DNA of 64,000 nucleotides, from positions 97,747 through 161,746 of the forward strand of contig CAWALU010000011.1 of assembly GCA_963782985.1 (NCBI GenBank), written 5' to 3'. The notes below the pieces were generated by a model. That model did not search any database and had not been told where the DNA came from. It saw only the letters and a program-made list of their open reading frames with translations. Position 1 is the stretch's first letter, and each line of letters starts with the position of its first letter. The stretch is from an uncultured Bacteroidota bacterium. Lineage in GTDB: Bacteria; Bacteroidota; Ignavibacteria; Ignavibacteriales; Ignavibacteriaceae. Made by a program: the position numbers and the translations under genes. Below are positions 26,913 through 36,914 of this stretch, in pieces.

Positions 26913-28300
26913 AAAAAATTTCATTATCTCTAAAAGATATATTTGATATTCCAACAGCTGAAATCTTTTGTCCAAATAGATTCAAAAGTATTAGCGCCGT
27001 AACTATTGATTCGAGAAATGTTCCTGTTAATTCATTGTTCGTTGCAATTGAAGGCGAAAAATTTGACGGGCATAATTTTGTAAATGATGCTATTAAAAAT
27101 GGAGCTGCGGCAGTAGTAATTAATGAAAAGAAAATTTCGAAATTTGATAAACTTAATGTTCCAATAATCGCCGTTAAAAACACAACTATTGCCCTTGGCG
27201 ATATTGCAAAAATTTGGCGAAAGAAATTACGGACAAAAATTATCGGTATAACCGGAAGCGCCGGTAAAACTTCAACTAAAGAAATACTTTCGGTTTTGCT
27301 GAACGAAAAATTTTCTGTTAATAAAACTCTGGCAAATAACAATAATCATATTGGAGTTCCACTGACAATTTTCAGTACAAATAATTCGCACGATTTTTTA
27401 GTCGCTGAACTCGGAACTAATCATTTCGGTGAAATAAAATATACCTCAGATATTGCTTCGCCGGATTGCGCGTTAATTACAAACATTGGAAGCTCGCATT
27501 TAGAATTTCTTAAAAATAAAAAAGGAGTTTTAAAAGAAAAGATCTCATTATTTGAATCTACAATTTCCAACAAAGGTTTTTTATTTATTAATAATGACGA
27601 TCCCCTTTTAAGAAATTCAGCTGAGAATTATAAAAACAAAATTACTTTTGGATTTAACGATGAGGCTGACTGCAAAGGTGAAATTAAAAAATATACAGAT
27701 GAAGGTAAAACCGTTATCCAAATAAAATATAAAAACAAAAAGCTGGTAACAGAATTACCATTGTACGGCGAGCAAAGCGCTAAAAATTTTCTTGCGGCTG
27801 CGGCTGCGGCTTTCAAGGTAGGACTAAATAAAAATGAAATATTCTCGGCGCTAAATAAATTAAAGCAGTCAGAAAAAAGATTAAATGTTAAACACTTAAA
27901 AAATTTTATTTTGATTGATGATACTTATAATGCAAATCCTGAGTCGATGAAGTATTCAATTTCACTTCTTCCCAAAATAAAATCTTTTAAAAATAAAATC
28001 CTGATTCTTGGCGATATGTTTGAATTGGGCAAAGATGAAATAAAGCTTCATCAAAATTTAGCCGGCGTAATTAAGAAGAATAAAATAAACGAAATTTATT
28101 TAATCGGCAGCCGTATGAAATCTTTAAATGATGAATTGAAAAAACAAAAAATTGATTCTCTTCATTTTAAGAATAGAGAGAAGCTTAAAAAATTTATTAT
28201 TGAAAAAGATCTTAAAGACTCTGTTGTTCTAATAAAAGGCTCGCGCGGAATGAAGATGGAAGAATTTGTAAACGCTATTGAACTAATAAACAAAAATTAA
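26909..28300 (+). CDS. murF: UDP-N-acetylmuramoyl-tripeptide--D-alanyl-D-alanine ligase
   Basis: 'GITGSAGKTSTKE', 'DDTYNANPESM', and the dcw position between murE and mraY. Confidence 0.93.
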   Translation: MKKISLSLKDIFDIPTAEIFCPNRFKSISAVTIDSRNVPVNSLFVAIEGEKFDGHNFVNDAIKNGAAAVVINEKKISKFDKLNVPIIAVKNTTIALGDIAKIWRKKLRTKIIGITGSAGKTSTKEILSVLLNEKFSVNKTLANNNNHIGVPLTIFSTNNSHDFLVAELGTNHFGEIKYTSDIASPDCALITNIGSSHLEFLKNKKGVLKEKISLFESTISNKGFLFINNDDPLLRNSAENYKNKITFGFNDEADCKGEIKKYTDEGKTVIQIKYKNKKLVTELPLYGEQSAKNFLAAAAAAFKVGLNKNEIFSALNKLKQSEKRLNVKHLKNFILIDDTYNANPESMKYSISLLPKIKSFKNKILILGDMFELGKDEIKLHQNLAGVIKKNKINEIYLIGSRMKSLNDELKKQKIDSLHFKNREKLKKFIIEKDLKDSVVLIKGSRGMKMEEFVNAIELINKN

Positions 28301-29410
28301 ATGCTTTATTATTTATTTGATTATATAAATAAAAATTTTAATCCGCCGGGCTTTGATATTTTCCGGTTCTTGACTTTTCGTTCAGCGCTTGCGGCAATTT
28401 CGGGATTGTTCTTATCAATTTATTTGGGACCAAAAATAATCGGCTACTTGCAGAAGAAACAAATCGGCGAAGCTAAAAAAGTTGACGGACCAAAATCCCA
28501 TTGGTCTAAAGCCGGCACGCCCACTATGGGCGGAATAATAGTAATATTTTCTGTTGTAATTCCGGTGCTTTTTTGGGGCGATATTAAAAGCATTTACATA
28601 ATTTTAATTTTGTTCGGAACTATTTGCTTAAGCCTGGTTGGATTTTTAGACGACTATTTAAAAGTAATTAAAAAATTGCCCAACGGATTAATTGCAAGAT
28701 ATAAATTGCTCGGACAAATTTTTGTTGGATTAGTTGTCGGCTCTGTAATTTATTTCTCGCCGCAGTTTGAAGGATTTAATTCTGTAACCACTGTTCCTTT
28801 TTTGAAAGATGTAAATTTTGATTTTTCATATTTGTACATACCGGTTGTGGTTTTTATAGTAACTGCAACTTCCAATGCAGTTAATTTAACAGATGGATTG
28901 GACGGGCTTGCAATCGGAATAACAACGATAGTAATGCTTACTCTTGCTATTTTAAGTTATGTAAGCGGCAATGCAATTTTTGCTGATTATTTAAATATAA
29001 TTTATTTACCCGGCTCTGGTGAGTTAACGGTTTTTGTCGCGGCATTAATTGGAGCGTCGCTTGGATTTTTGTGGTTTAATTTTTATCCGGCTCAAGTATT
29101 TATGGGGGATACCGGCTCGCTTGCTTTGGGCGGCGCATTTGGAATTTTGGCAGTGCTGATAAAAAAAGAATTATTAATTCCACTTCTTGGCGGCGTGTTT
29201 TTTATGGAGACGGTTTCTGTTATAATTCAAAGAGTATATTTCAAGTACACAAAAAAGAAATACGGCGAAGGTAGAAGAGTTTTTAAAATGGCGCCTATAC
29301 ATCATCATTTTGAAATGGTAGGCTGGCCCGAACCAAAAATCGTAATCAGATTTTATATAATAACAATCATTCTTGCAATTGCAAGTTTAGCATCTTTCAA
29401 AATACGTTAA
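28301..29410 (+). CDS. mraY: Phospho-N-acetylmuramoyl-pentapeptide transferase
   Basis: Polytopic membrane protein with 'AVNLTDGLDGLAIG' and 'MAPIHHHFE'. Confidence 0.96.
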   Translation: MLYYLFDYINKNFNPPGFDIFRFLTFRSALAAISGLFLSIYLGPKIIGYLQKKQIGEAKKVDGPKSHWSKAGTPTMGGIIVIFSVVIPVLFWGDIKSIYIILILFGTICLSLVGFLDDYLKVIKKLPNGLIARYKLLGQIFVGLVVGSVIYFSPQFEGFNSVTTVPFLKDVNFDFSYLYIPVVVFIVTATSNAVNLTDGLDGLAIGITTIVMLTLAILSYVSGNAIFADYLNIIYLPGSGELTVFVAALIGASLGFLWFNFYPAQVFMGDTGSLALGGAFGILAVLIKKELLIPLLGGVFFMETVSVIIQRVYFKYTKKKYGEGRRVFKMAPIHHHFEMVGWPEPKIVIRFYIITIILAIASLASFKIR

Positions 29411-30756
29411 TGGATCTATCAAATAAAAAAATAACGGTTATAGGCGCGGTTAGAAGCGGAGTCGGGGCTGCAAAATTAATTAAGAAAGCCGGAGGAATTC
29501 CTTTCGTAAGCGATTCCGGAAATGAATACAAACTTTCTGACTCAATTGTAAAATTAAAAGAGCAGCAAATCGATTTTGAAATTGGAAAACATTCCGACAA
29601 AGTTTTTGAATGCGAATTAATGATTGTTAGCCCGGGCGTTCCTTCGGATGCTGAAGTAATAATTAATGCAAATGTAAAAGGTATAAAAGTAATTAGCGAG
29701 ATTGAATTAGCCGCCTCTTTCTGTAAAGGAAATGTGGTTGCAATTACCGGAACAAACGGCAAAACAACCACTACAAGTTTATGCGCTCACGTTTTTAATG
29801 CGTGCGGTTTTAAAACTTATGCCGCGGGAAATATCGGAACAGCTTTTTCTGAAATCGCATTGGATGTTAAAGAAAATGAATTTGTAGCGCTGGAAGTTTC
29901 AAGTTTTCAGCTTGATATGATTGATAAGTTCGCGCCTAAGATAGCGGTAATTTTAAATATCACTCCCGATCATCTTAACCGTTATGACAATAAATTTGAA
30001 AATTATATCAGTTCAAAATTAAGAATTTATAAAAATCAAAGTGAAAAAGATTTTCTAATTCTAAATGCCGACAGTCAGCCGCTAGTTGATTCGCTTACTG
30101 AACACAAAAGTAAAAGCATTTATTTCTCAACCAAAACCCAGCAGATAAATGGAGCGTATCTTTTTCAAAATGAAATAATTTATAATGAAGACGGCGAACT
30201 TAAATTTAGCTGCAGCGTGAATGATATAAATTTAAAAGGCGAACACAATTATGCAAACGCAATGGCTGTAATTAACGCCGGCAAAATTTTTGGTTTTGAT
30301 AATGAAAAAATTAAAGAAGGACTGAGAACTTTTAAAGGCGTTGAACATCGCTTGGAAATTGTTAGGGAAATTGATGGAGCGTTTTACGTTAATGATTCCA
30401 AAGCAACTAACGTGGATTCTGTTTGGTACGCCCTGCAAAGTTTTGACGCTCCAATATTTTTAATTCTGGGGGGACAGGATAAAGGAAATGATTATAATCA
30501 AATTAAAGATTTAGTTAAGGATAAGGTAAAGAAAATTTTTGCCATCGGGTCTTCATCCGATATAATATTTAATTTCTTTCATTCTTTCGTTAAAGTTGAA
30601 CTTAAGCCTACATTAGAAGACGTGGTAATTGCCGCAAGCAATGAAGCGCGTCAAGGCGATGTAGTTTTACTTTCGCCGGCTTGCGCCAGCTTTGATATGT
30701 TTGATAATTATGAACATAGAGGGAAAATATTTAAGCAAGCCGTGGAAAAATTATAA
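29410..30756 (+). CDS. murD: UDP-N-acetylmuramoylalanine--D-glutamate ligase
   Basis: 'VIGAVRSGVGAA' Rossmann motif, 'AITGTNGKTTTTSL', 'GVEHRLE', and the dcw position. Confidence 0.94.
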   Translation: MDLSNKKITVIGAVRSGVGAAKLIKKAGGIPFVSDSGNEYKLSDSIVKLKEQQIDFEIGKHSDKVFECELMIVSPGVPSDAEVIINANVKGIKVISEIELAASFCKGNVVAITGTNGKTTTTSLCAHVFNACGFKTYAAGNIGTAFSEIALDVKENEFVALEVSSFQLDMIDKFAPKIAVILNITPDHLNRYDNKFENYISSKLRIYKNQSEKDFLILNADSQPLVDSLTEHKSKSIYFSTKTQQINGAYLFQNEIIYNEDGELKFSCSVNDINLKGEHNYANAMAVINAGKIFGFDNEKIKEGLRTFKGVEHRLEIVREIDGAFYVNDSKATNVDSVWYALQSFDAPIFLILGGQDKGNDYNQIKDLVKDKVKKIFAIGSSSDIIFNFFHSFVKVELKPTLEDVVIAASNEARQGDVVLLSPACASFDMFDNYEHRGKIFKQAVEKL

Positions 30757-31916
30757 TGACCGATAAAATGAATTCATCCAAAGTAAATATTTTTGCCGGG
30801 AAAAAATTAGCCGCCGCAGTTTTTTTTGACGCCTTGATACTTATGATTTTAGGGCTTGCTACCGTAATGAGCGCCAGCAGCGCTTACAGCGGTTTTCGGT
30901 TTGATAATATTTTCCATTTGTTTAATTCGCATTTGTTTAAGGTGGTTACCGGAATAGGATTTATGATTTTGTTTTCAATTATACCATACGATTATTATAA
31001 AGATCACAGTAAAAAAGCGATAATTGCAATTACAATAATTTTAATACTAACATTGTTTTTAGCCCCCAACTACAAGGGCGCGGGAAGATGGATCAATTTA
31101 GGTTTTACTACATTTCAACCCGCGGATGCGGCAAAATTAATTTTGATAATTCATCTTTCATCATTGATTGAAAGTAAAAGAGAATATTTATCAAACTTTA
31201 AATTCGGATTTTCTTATTTGTTCTTTTGGGTTCTCCTAATAGCCGGCTTAGTTTTAATTCAGCCGAATATAAGCAACGGAGTTTTGCTGGTTGTTATTTC
31301 GCTCGCGCTTCTGTTTGTCGGCGGGGCAAAAATTAAACATATAATTTCCGCATCTTTATTTACATTATTTAGCGGCGGAATTATAGCTATGCTATTCAAT
31401 CATTCCAGGGGAAGAATTTTAACTTTTATTAGCAGTATTCTAAACGGCGGCGATATTAATCTTCAAGTTAAACAAGCCTTAATCGGTTTAGGCAGCGGTG
31501 GCGTTTTAGGCGTTGGAATTGGACACAGCAGGCAAAGTAATTTGTTTTTGCCCGAGGCTTACGGCGATTTTATTTTTGCTATTCTTGGCGAAGAAACTGG
31601 TTTCGTGGGTTCTATAATTGTGCTAATTCTTTTTCTCACAATTTTTATCGCGGGAATTTTAATCGCTAAAAAAGCTAAAGATGAGTTTGGGCAGCTGTTA
31701 GCTTTTGGAATAACTTTTTCAATAATTATTTATGCCTTTGTAAATGTGGCTGTGGCAACGGGATTATTCCCAACCACTGGATTGCCGCTTCCGTTCATAA
31801 GCTACGGCGGCACGTCAATTTTATTCCTTTGCATCTCTGTCGGTATATTAATTAACATTGCAATTTCAAATTCAATATTAGAAAAGAATCAAGCTTTAAC
31901 AGGAAATAAAAAATAA
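30756..31916 (+). CDS. ftsW: SEDS-family peptidoglycan glycosyltransferase FtsW
   Basis: About 10 TM helices, 'LPEAYGDFIFAILGEETGF', 'LPFISYGGTS', located between murD and murG. Confidence 0.9.
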   Translation: MTDKMNSSKVNIFAGKKLAAAVFFDALILMILGLATVMSASSAYSGFRFDNIFHLFNSHLFKVVTGIGFMILFSIIPYDYYKDHSKKAIIAITIILILTLFLAPNYKGAGRWINLGFTTFQPADAAKLILIIHLSSLIESKREYLSNFKFGFSYLFFWVLLIAGLVLIQPNISNGVLLVVISLALLFVGGAKIKHIISASLFTLFSGGIIAMLFNHSRGRILTFISSILNGGDINLQVKQALIGLGSGGVLGVGIGHSRQSNLFLPEAYGDFIFAILGEETGFVGSIIVLILFLTIFIAGILIAKKAKDEFGQLLAFGITFSIIIYAFVNVAVATGLFPTTGLPLPFISYGGTSILFLCISVGILINIAISNSILEKNQALTGNKK

Positions 31917-31923
31917 ATTTTAA

Positions 31924-33027
31924 ATGAATCAATCAGCAGCTAAATATAGATTTTTATTTGCCGGCGGCGGAACGGGGGGACACCTCTTTCCGGCGGTTGC
32001 TGTTGCGGAAAAAATAAAATCAATTTTGCCTGAAGCAGAAATATTATTTGTGGGATCTAAATCTAAAATTGAAGGAAGAGTAATTCCACAGCTTGGTTAT
32101 AAATTTAAATCTATTTGGATAAAAGGTTTTTCCAGAAAATTTACAATTGAAAATTTAATATTCCCGTTAAAATTATTTGTCGCAACTATGCAGTCCATTT
32201 TTATAAATATGAAATTTAAACCTCAGGTTGCCGTTGGCTTCGGCGGTTATGTTTCGGGTCCTGCAATATGGGGCGCTTCAATAGTTAAGGCAAAAATAAT
32301 TTTACTTGAACAAAATAGTTATCCCGGAATTACCACCCGTATGTTAGAAAAAAAATCAAATGAAATTCATCTAAGTTTTGAAGATTCTAAAAAATATTTC
32401 CGGCAGAAAGAAAAATTATTTTTAACGGGCAATCCTGTCCGCGAGAGTTTAATGAAAATAAATAAAGAGGAAGCTTTAAAGGAATTCGGGTTTTCATCTT
32501 CTGAAAAAACATTGCTAATCCTTGGCGGAAGCTTAGGCGCATATACTTTGAATGAAGCGGCTGCGGCTTCAGTTAAAAAATTTGAAGAAAATAATGTTCA
32601 AGTAATTTGGCAGACGGGTAAACATTATTACGCTAAATATAAAAATTTAAAATCGCCCAATATTTGGATAAATGATTTTATTGATAAAATGAATTACGCT
32701 TACGCTGCCTGCGATTTTTTAGTTGCGCGCGCCGGCGCCACAACTATCGCAGAAATATTGCTGCTTGGTATTCCAACTATACTTGTGCCGTCGCCGAACG
32801 TTGCAGCTAATCATCAATATCATAATGCAAAATCATTAACGGATAAAACGGCGGCTATTTTAATTGAGGATAAAGAAATAAAAAATAAGCTTTATGATTC
32901 AGTAATAAATATTATTAATGATGAAAATTATTTGAGTCAAATTTCACAAAAAGCAAAATCGCTTGCCAGCCCTAATGCCGCAAGCGTAATCGCAAACAGA
33001 GCAATAAAATTAGCTCAAGAATTATGA
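31924..33027 (+). CDS. murG: Undecaprenyldiphospho-muramoylpentapeptide beta-N-acetylglucosaminyltransferase
   Basis: 'AGGGTGGHLFPAVAVAE' and 'ARAGATTIAEILLLGIPTILVP'. Confidence 0.95.
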   Translation: MNQSAAKYRFLFAGGGTGGHLFPAVAVAEKIKSILPEAEILFVGSKSKIEGRVIPQLGYKFKSIWIKGFSRKFTIENLIFPLKLFVATMQSIFINMKFKPQVAVGFGGYVSGPAIWGASIVKAKIILLEQNSYPGITTRMLEKKSNEIHLSFEDSKKYFRQKEKLFLTGNPVRESLMKINKEEALKEFGFSSSEKTLLILGGSLGAYTLNEAAAASVKKFEENNVQVIWQTGKHYYAKYKNLKSPNIWINDFIDKMNYAYAACDFLVARAGATTIAEILLLGIPTILVPSPNVAANHQYHNAKSLTDKTAAILIEDKEIKNKLYDSVINIINDENYLSQISQKAKSLASPNAASVIANRAIKLAQEL

Positions 33028-33500
33028 ATGAAGTTCAAAACAAAAAATTAATATTTAAATATAATATGTCGTTCTATTATCAATCGACGATAATATATTT
33101 TATTGTATTTGTAATGTATGTAATTGTTCGCGGAGAGTTTGTGGAAAATGAATTTACATTTTTGGTGAAAGATCCCATAATGTATTTGCTTGGTTTAATC
33201 GTTTTTGTTTCTTTAATCAGTCTGGTTTATAATCTATACAAAAATAAATATCTGGAAATTTCAGATGATGCGATTTCATTTTCAAATAGATCTAAGAAAA
33301 AAAGTTTTCATATAAGCGATATAGCAAGTATAAAAATTTCAAAAAGAAAAAAGCGGATAAATACAAAAGCCTTTCAGCTGGTTAGAATAAAGCTGCTGCG
33401 GCGGAAACGCCCTTTGCTTATTCGCCCTTACGATTATGAGAATGAAGAAATTCTTATGAAAAAAATACAATCAATTAAAGAATTAATAGAAAAAAATTAA
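33024..33500 (+). CDS. Uncharacterised two-TM small membrane protein embedded in the dcw operon (basic, PH-like C-terminal domain?)
   Basis: 158-aa ORF. Its ATG overlaps the murG stop (ATGA, 33024-33027) and its stop overlaps the murC ATG (TAATG, 33498-33502). Two hydrophobic helices are followed by a Lys/Arg-rich soluble domain. Confidence 0.6.
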   Translation: MNEVQNKKLIFKYNMSFYYQSTIIYFIVFVMYVIVRGEFVENEFTFLVKDPIMYLLGLIVFVSLISLVYNLYKNKYLEISDDAISFSNRSKKKSFHISDIASIKISKRKKRINTKAFQLVRIKLLRRKRPLLIRPYDYENEEILMKKIQSIKELIEKN

Positions 33501-34870
33501 TGTTTAAGAATATTAAAAAAGTACACTTTGTTGGAATCGGCGGAATTGGGATGAGCGGAATCGCTGAAATATTGTTAAGTCAGGGTTTTGAAATTTCCGG
33601 CTCGGATAGAAGCTTAAGCGAAATTACAAATAGGTTAAGCGAACTTGGAATGAAAATTTATGAAGGTCATTCGCCTGATAATTTGCGCGACGCCGATGTG
33701 CTGGTTTATTCTTCCGCAGTTCATACTGATAACCCTGAAGTGAAAGCTGCAATTGAAAGAAAGATCCCGATTATTAAACGTTCGGAAATGTTAGCTGAAT
33801 GTATGAGAATGAAATACGGGATTGGCATTGCTGGCACGCACGGAAAAACTACTACGACATCGATGGTCGGTTTAACTTTAACCGCAAGCGGAATTGATCC
33901 CACAATAATTGTAGGAGGAAAGTTAAGCGGGCTTGGCGGAACGAACGCGCGGTTAGGCGAAGGCGAATTTATTGTTGTTGAGGCTGATGAATTCGACAGA
34001 ACATTTTTAAAGCTTACTCCGACCATTGCGGCGATAACAACCTTGGAAAGCGAACATCTTGATACTTATAAAGACCTCGACGATATAAAAAATTCATTTA
34101 TTGAATTTGCTAATAAAGTTCCGTTCTATGGTTTTATAATTATTTGTCTGGATGAGCCAGCCTTGCAGGATATAATTCCAAGACTTAATAAAAAAATTAT
34201 TACTTACGGACTTACTACTCAAGCTGATATTAGAGCTGTGGATATTTCTCATTCAGATTTCACAAGTACATTTAGCGTGAATTATTTTGGAGAAATTTTA
34301 GGAAGCATTACTTTAAAAGTCCCCGGAATTCACAACGTAAAAAATTCATTAGTCGCCGTGGGCATTGCTAAAAAACTTGATATAAGTTTTGAAGTAATTA
34401 AAAAAGCGCTCGAATCTTTTTCAGGCGTGTACAGAAGATTTGAAATAAAATACGACAAAGAAATTTTAGTGGTTGACGACTACGCTCATCATCCAACTGA
34501 AACCAGCGTAACATTAGCCGGCATTCGTTCAGGCTGGAACAGAAGATTGGTAGCGGTATTTCAGCCGCATCTTTATTCCCGCACCAGAGATTTTTATCAG
34601 GAGTTTGGAAGATCATTTTTAAATTCAGATGTTTTTATTTGCACCGATGTTTATCCGGCTCGTGAAGATCCAATTGAAGGAATTTCAGGACAGTTGATTG
34701 CAGACGTTGCAAAAAAATTAGGACACAAAAACGTTTTGTATGTTCCCGACAAAAATGATCTTCCAAATAAATTAATGGAATTGAAAAAAGATAACGACAT
34801 TATTGTTACTATGGGCGCGGGCGATATTTGGCGATACGGAGAGAAGTTTGTTGAAGAACTTAAAAAATAA
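33500..34870 (+). CDS. murC: UDP-N-acetylmuramate--L-alanine ligase
   Basis: 'FVGIGGIGMSGIAEIL', 'GIAGTHGKTTTTSM', 'DDYAHHPTE'. Confidence 0.95.
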   Translation: MFKNIKKVHFVGIGGIGMSGIAEILLSQGFEISGSDRSLSEITNRLSELGMKIYEGHSPDNLRDADVLVYSSAVHTDNPEVKAAIERKIPIIKRSEMLAECMRMKYGIGIAGTHGKTTTTSMVGLTLTASGIDPTIIVGGKLSGLGGTNARLGEGEFIVVEADEFDRTFLKLTPTIAAITTLESEHLDTYKDLDDIKNSFIEFANKVPFYGFIIICLDEPALQDIIPRLNKKIITYGLTTQADIRAVDISHSDFTSTFSVNYFGEILGSITLKVPGIHNVKNSLVAVGIAKKLDISFEVIKKALESFSGVYRRFEIKYDKEILVVDDYAHHPTETSVTLAGIRSGWNRRLVAVFQPHLYSRTRDFYQEFGRSFLNSDVFICTDVYPAREDPIEGISGQLIADVAKKLGHKNVLYVPDKNDLPNKLMELKKDNDIIVTMGAGDIWRYGEKFVEELKK

Positions 34871-34876
34871 ATTTGT

Positions 34877-35647
34877 ATGTCTGAAAAAAAAGATAAAATA
34901 TTAGGAACAGTACTTTTTGTTTTATTAATTTCACTTTTAATTTTTTTTACTTTTATGCTTAACGACAAAACCGAAGATAAAAAAATTCAAATGATAAAAA
35001 TTAGCGGAAATAATTTGCTTCCCGAAAGCGAGTATCTTCATTTTACAAAACTTGACGACGTATCATCTTATAAAGATTTAACATTATCATTTATAAAAGA
35101 TAGATTTGAAAAGCATCCTTATGTAGAAACTGCTAACGTTGAGTTTGAAAGTAAAAATTTAGTTTCGGTGGAAATTATTGAAAAGAAAATAAAAGCCGTT
35201 TTGCTTGATGGAGAAGAACCTCAATTTATTACTGAAGATTTTCAAGTCGTTCCTTATTATGCAAACACAAAATTTGTTGATTACCCGATCGTCAGTAATT
35301 TAAAAGAAAAAGCTAACATTAAACCTTTGGAAATTTTAAGAAACGAAGATACTAAACGCGCATTCCGAATTATTGAAGCAGTTAAATTGACCAATTCAAA
35401 TATTTTAAAAAGATTATCCGAAATTAACTTGCGAAACGGCGGAGATATTATTCTAACGTTTTCAGGTCTAAAACCGGCGGTAATTTTCGGAAGGGGAGAG
35501 GAAGCAAAAAAAATGGTTTACCTCGAAATACTATGGGAAGGTAAAATCGAATCTAAAGTGGATATAAATAAAAGCGATTACATTGATTTACGTTTTGCCA
35601 ACGAAGTTTTTCTTGGCAATGCTGATAGAGCGAGTTTAATGGAATGA
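34877..35647 (+). CDS. ftsQ: Cell division protein FtsQ (POTRA domain)
   Basis: 256 aa with a single N-terminal TM helix, then a POTRA-like segment ('IKISGNNLLPESEY'). It lies between murC and ftsA. Confidence 0.8.
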   Translation: MSEKKDKILGTVLFVLLISLLIFFTFMLNDKTEDKKIQMIKISGNNLLPESEYLHFTKLDDVSSYKDLTLSFIKDRFEKHPYVETANVEFESKNLVSVEIIEKKIKAVLLDGEEPQFITEDFQVVPYYANTKFVDYPIVSNLKEKANIKPLEILRNEDTKRAFRIIEAVKLTNSNILKRLSEINLRNGGDIILTFSGLKPAVIFGRGEEAKKMVYLEILWEGKIESKVDINKSDYIDLRFANEVFLGNADRASLME

Positions 35648-36891
35648 AAAAAAATATAATTGCAGGATTAGATTTAGGAACCACAAAAGTCTGCGCGGTT
35701 ATTGCCGAGAAGACCGACAACAACCGGATTGATATTTTAGGTTTCGGCGTGGCGGTTTCCGAAGGCTTGCATAAAGGCTTGGTGGCAAATATCGGAAAGA
35801 CCGCCGAAGGAATTAGAACTGCCGTTCAAATTGCATCCAACAGAGCGGGTTTTGACATAACTACAATCAACGTTGGCGTTGCAGGCGAACATATTACCAG
35901 TATGCGCCATAGAAATTATGTAACAATAAATAGCGAAGATAAAGAAATTACAAAAGCTGATCTCGACAGATTAGAAGCTGACGTTAGAACAATTCGTATT
36001 CCGTCTGATAGACAAATTCTTCATATAATTCCTGAAGAATTTTCAGTTGACTATCAAAGCGGTATTGAAAATCCAATTGGTATGTCCGGATCAAGATTAG
36101 AGGCGACAAATCATATTGTGCTTGCTTCAATTCCTGCAATACAAAATATTAAAAAATCTGTTGAACGAGCCGGGCTGCAGGTGCAGGATTATATTCTTCA
36201 GCCTATCGCTTCAAGCTCTTCAATTTTGGAAGAGAGCGAAAAAGATTTAGGCGTGGCTTTAATTGATATCGGCGGCGGCACCACCGACTTAGCGCTTTTT
36301 CATAACAAAACTATTAAGCATACAAAAGTTATTGGAGTTGCTGGAAACCAGGTTACAAATGATATTAGAGAATCTTTAGGCGTTGTAACAGAAGAAGCCG
36401 AAAAATTAAAAAAAGAATTTGGCTACGCTTCTGAAAGCGCCATTATTAAAGATGAAGATATTTTGATTAGAGGGGTGGGCGCAAGAGGCAATACTAAAAT
36501 TCCGGTTAGCCTTTTAACGCAAATTATAAGTTTAAGAATGCGCGAGTTATTTACTTTAATAGATAATGAAATTAGAAGCGCCGGATTTAAAAATAAAATT
36601 AAAGCCGGAATAGTTTTAACCGGCGGAGGAAGCCTATTACGCGGAAGCGTTGAGTTGGCTGAAGAAGTTTTTGGTTTACCAACAAGAATTGGAGTGCCTC
36701 AAGAACTGGGCGAAGGACTGTCTAACGAAATTGAAAGCCCTGAGTTTGCAACCGTTGCAGGATTAATTCGCGGAGTGCCGGGCGGTAAATCAAGCGAGTA
36801 TCAATTATTAATTAAACCCAAAAAAGATAAATCAAAAACTAAAATATCGGTCTTCGTAAAACGAGTTCAACAATTTTTTGATGAATTATAA
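35644..36891 (+). CDS. ftsA: Cell division protein FtsA
   Basis: Actin-like ATPase motifs 'GLDLGTTKVCAVIAE', 'IDIGGGTTDLALF' and 'GIVLTGGGSLL'. Confidence 0.95.
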   Translation: MKKNIIAGLDLGTTKVCAVIAEKTDNNRIDILGFGVAVSEGLHKGLVANIGKTAEGIRTAVQIASNRAGFDITTINVGVAGEHITSMRHRNYVTINSEDKEITKADLDRLEADVRTIRIPSDRQILHIIPEEFSVDYQSGIENPIGMSGSRLEATNHIVLASIPAIQNIKKSVERAGLQVQDYILQPIASSSSILEESEKDLGVALIDIGGGTTDLALFHNKTIKHTKVIGVAGNQVTNDIRESLGVVTEEAEKLKKEFGYASESAIIKDEDILIRGVGARGNTKIPVSLLTQIISLRMRELFTLIDNEIRSAGFKNKIKAGIVLTGGGSLLRGSVELAEEVFGLPTRIGVPQELGEGLSNEIESPEFATVAGLIRGVPGGKSSEYQLLIKPKKDKSKTKISVFVKRVQQFFDEL

Positions 36892-36914
36892 AAAACCTAA
36901 TTAGGAGGATTACT

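Noticed and set aside
26866-27342. 158-aa minus-strand ORF, and many similar antisense ORFs in the track (e.g. 540-854, 16701-17009, 29397-29771, 33721-34026, 37064-37483, 55814-56188, 57345-57704, 60474-60860, 62131-62424, 63428-63649)
   Set aside because: All lie entirely inside strongly supported genes on the opposite strand. They have low-complexity or odd composition and no RBS or domain signal. They are shadow ORFs.
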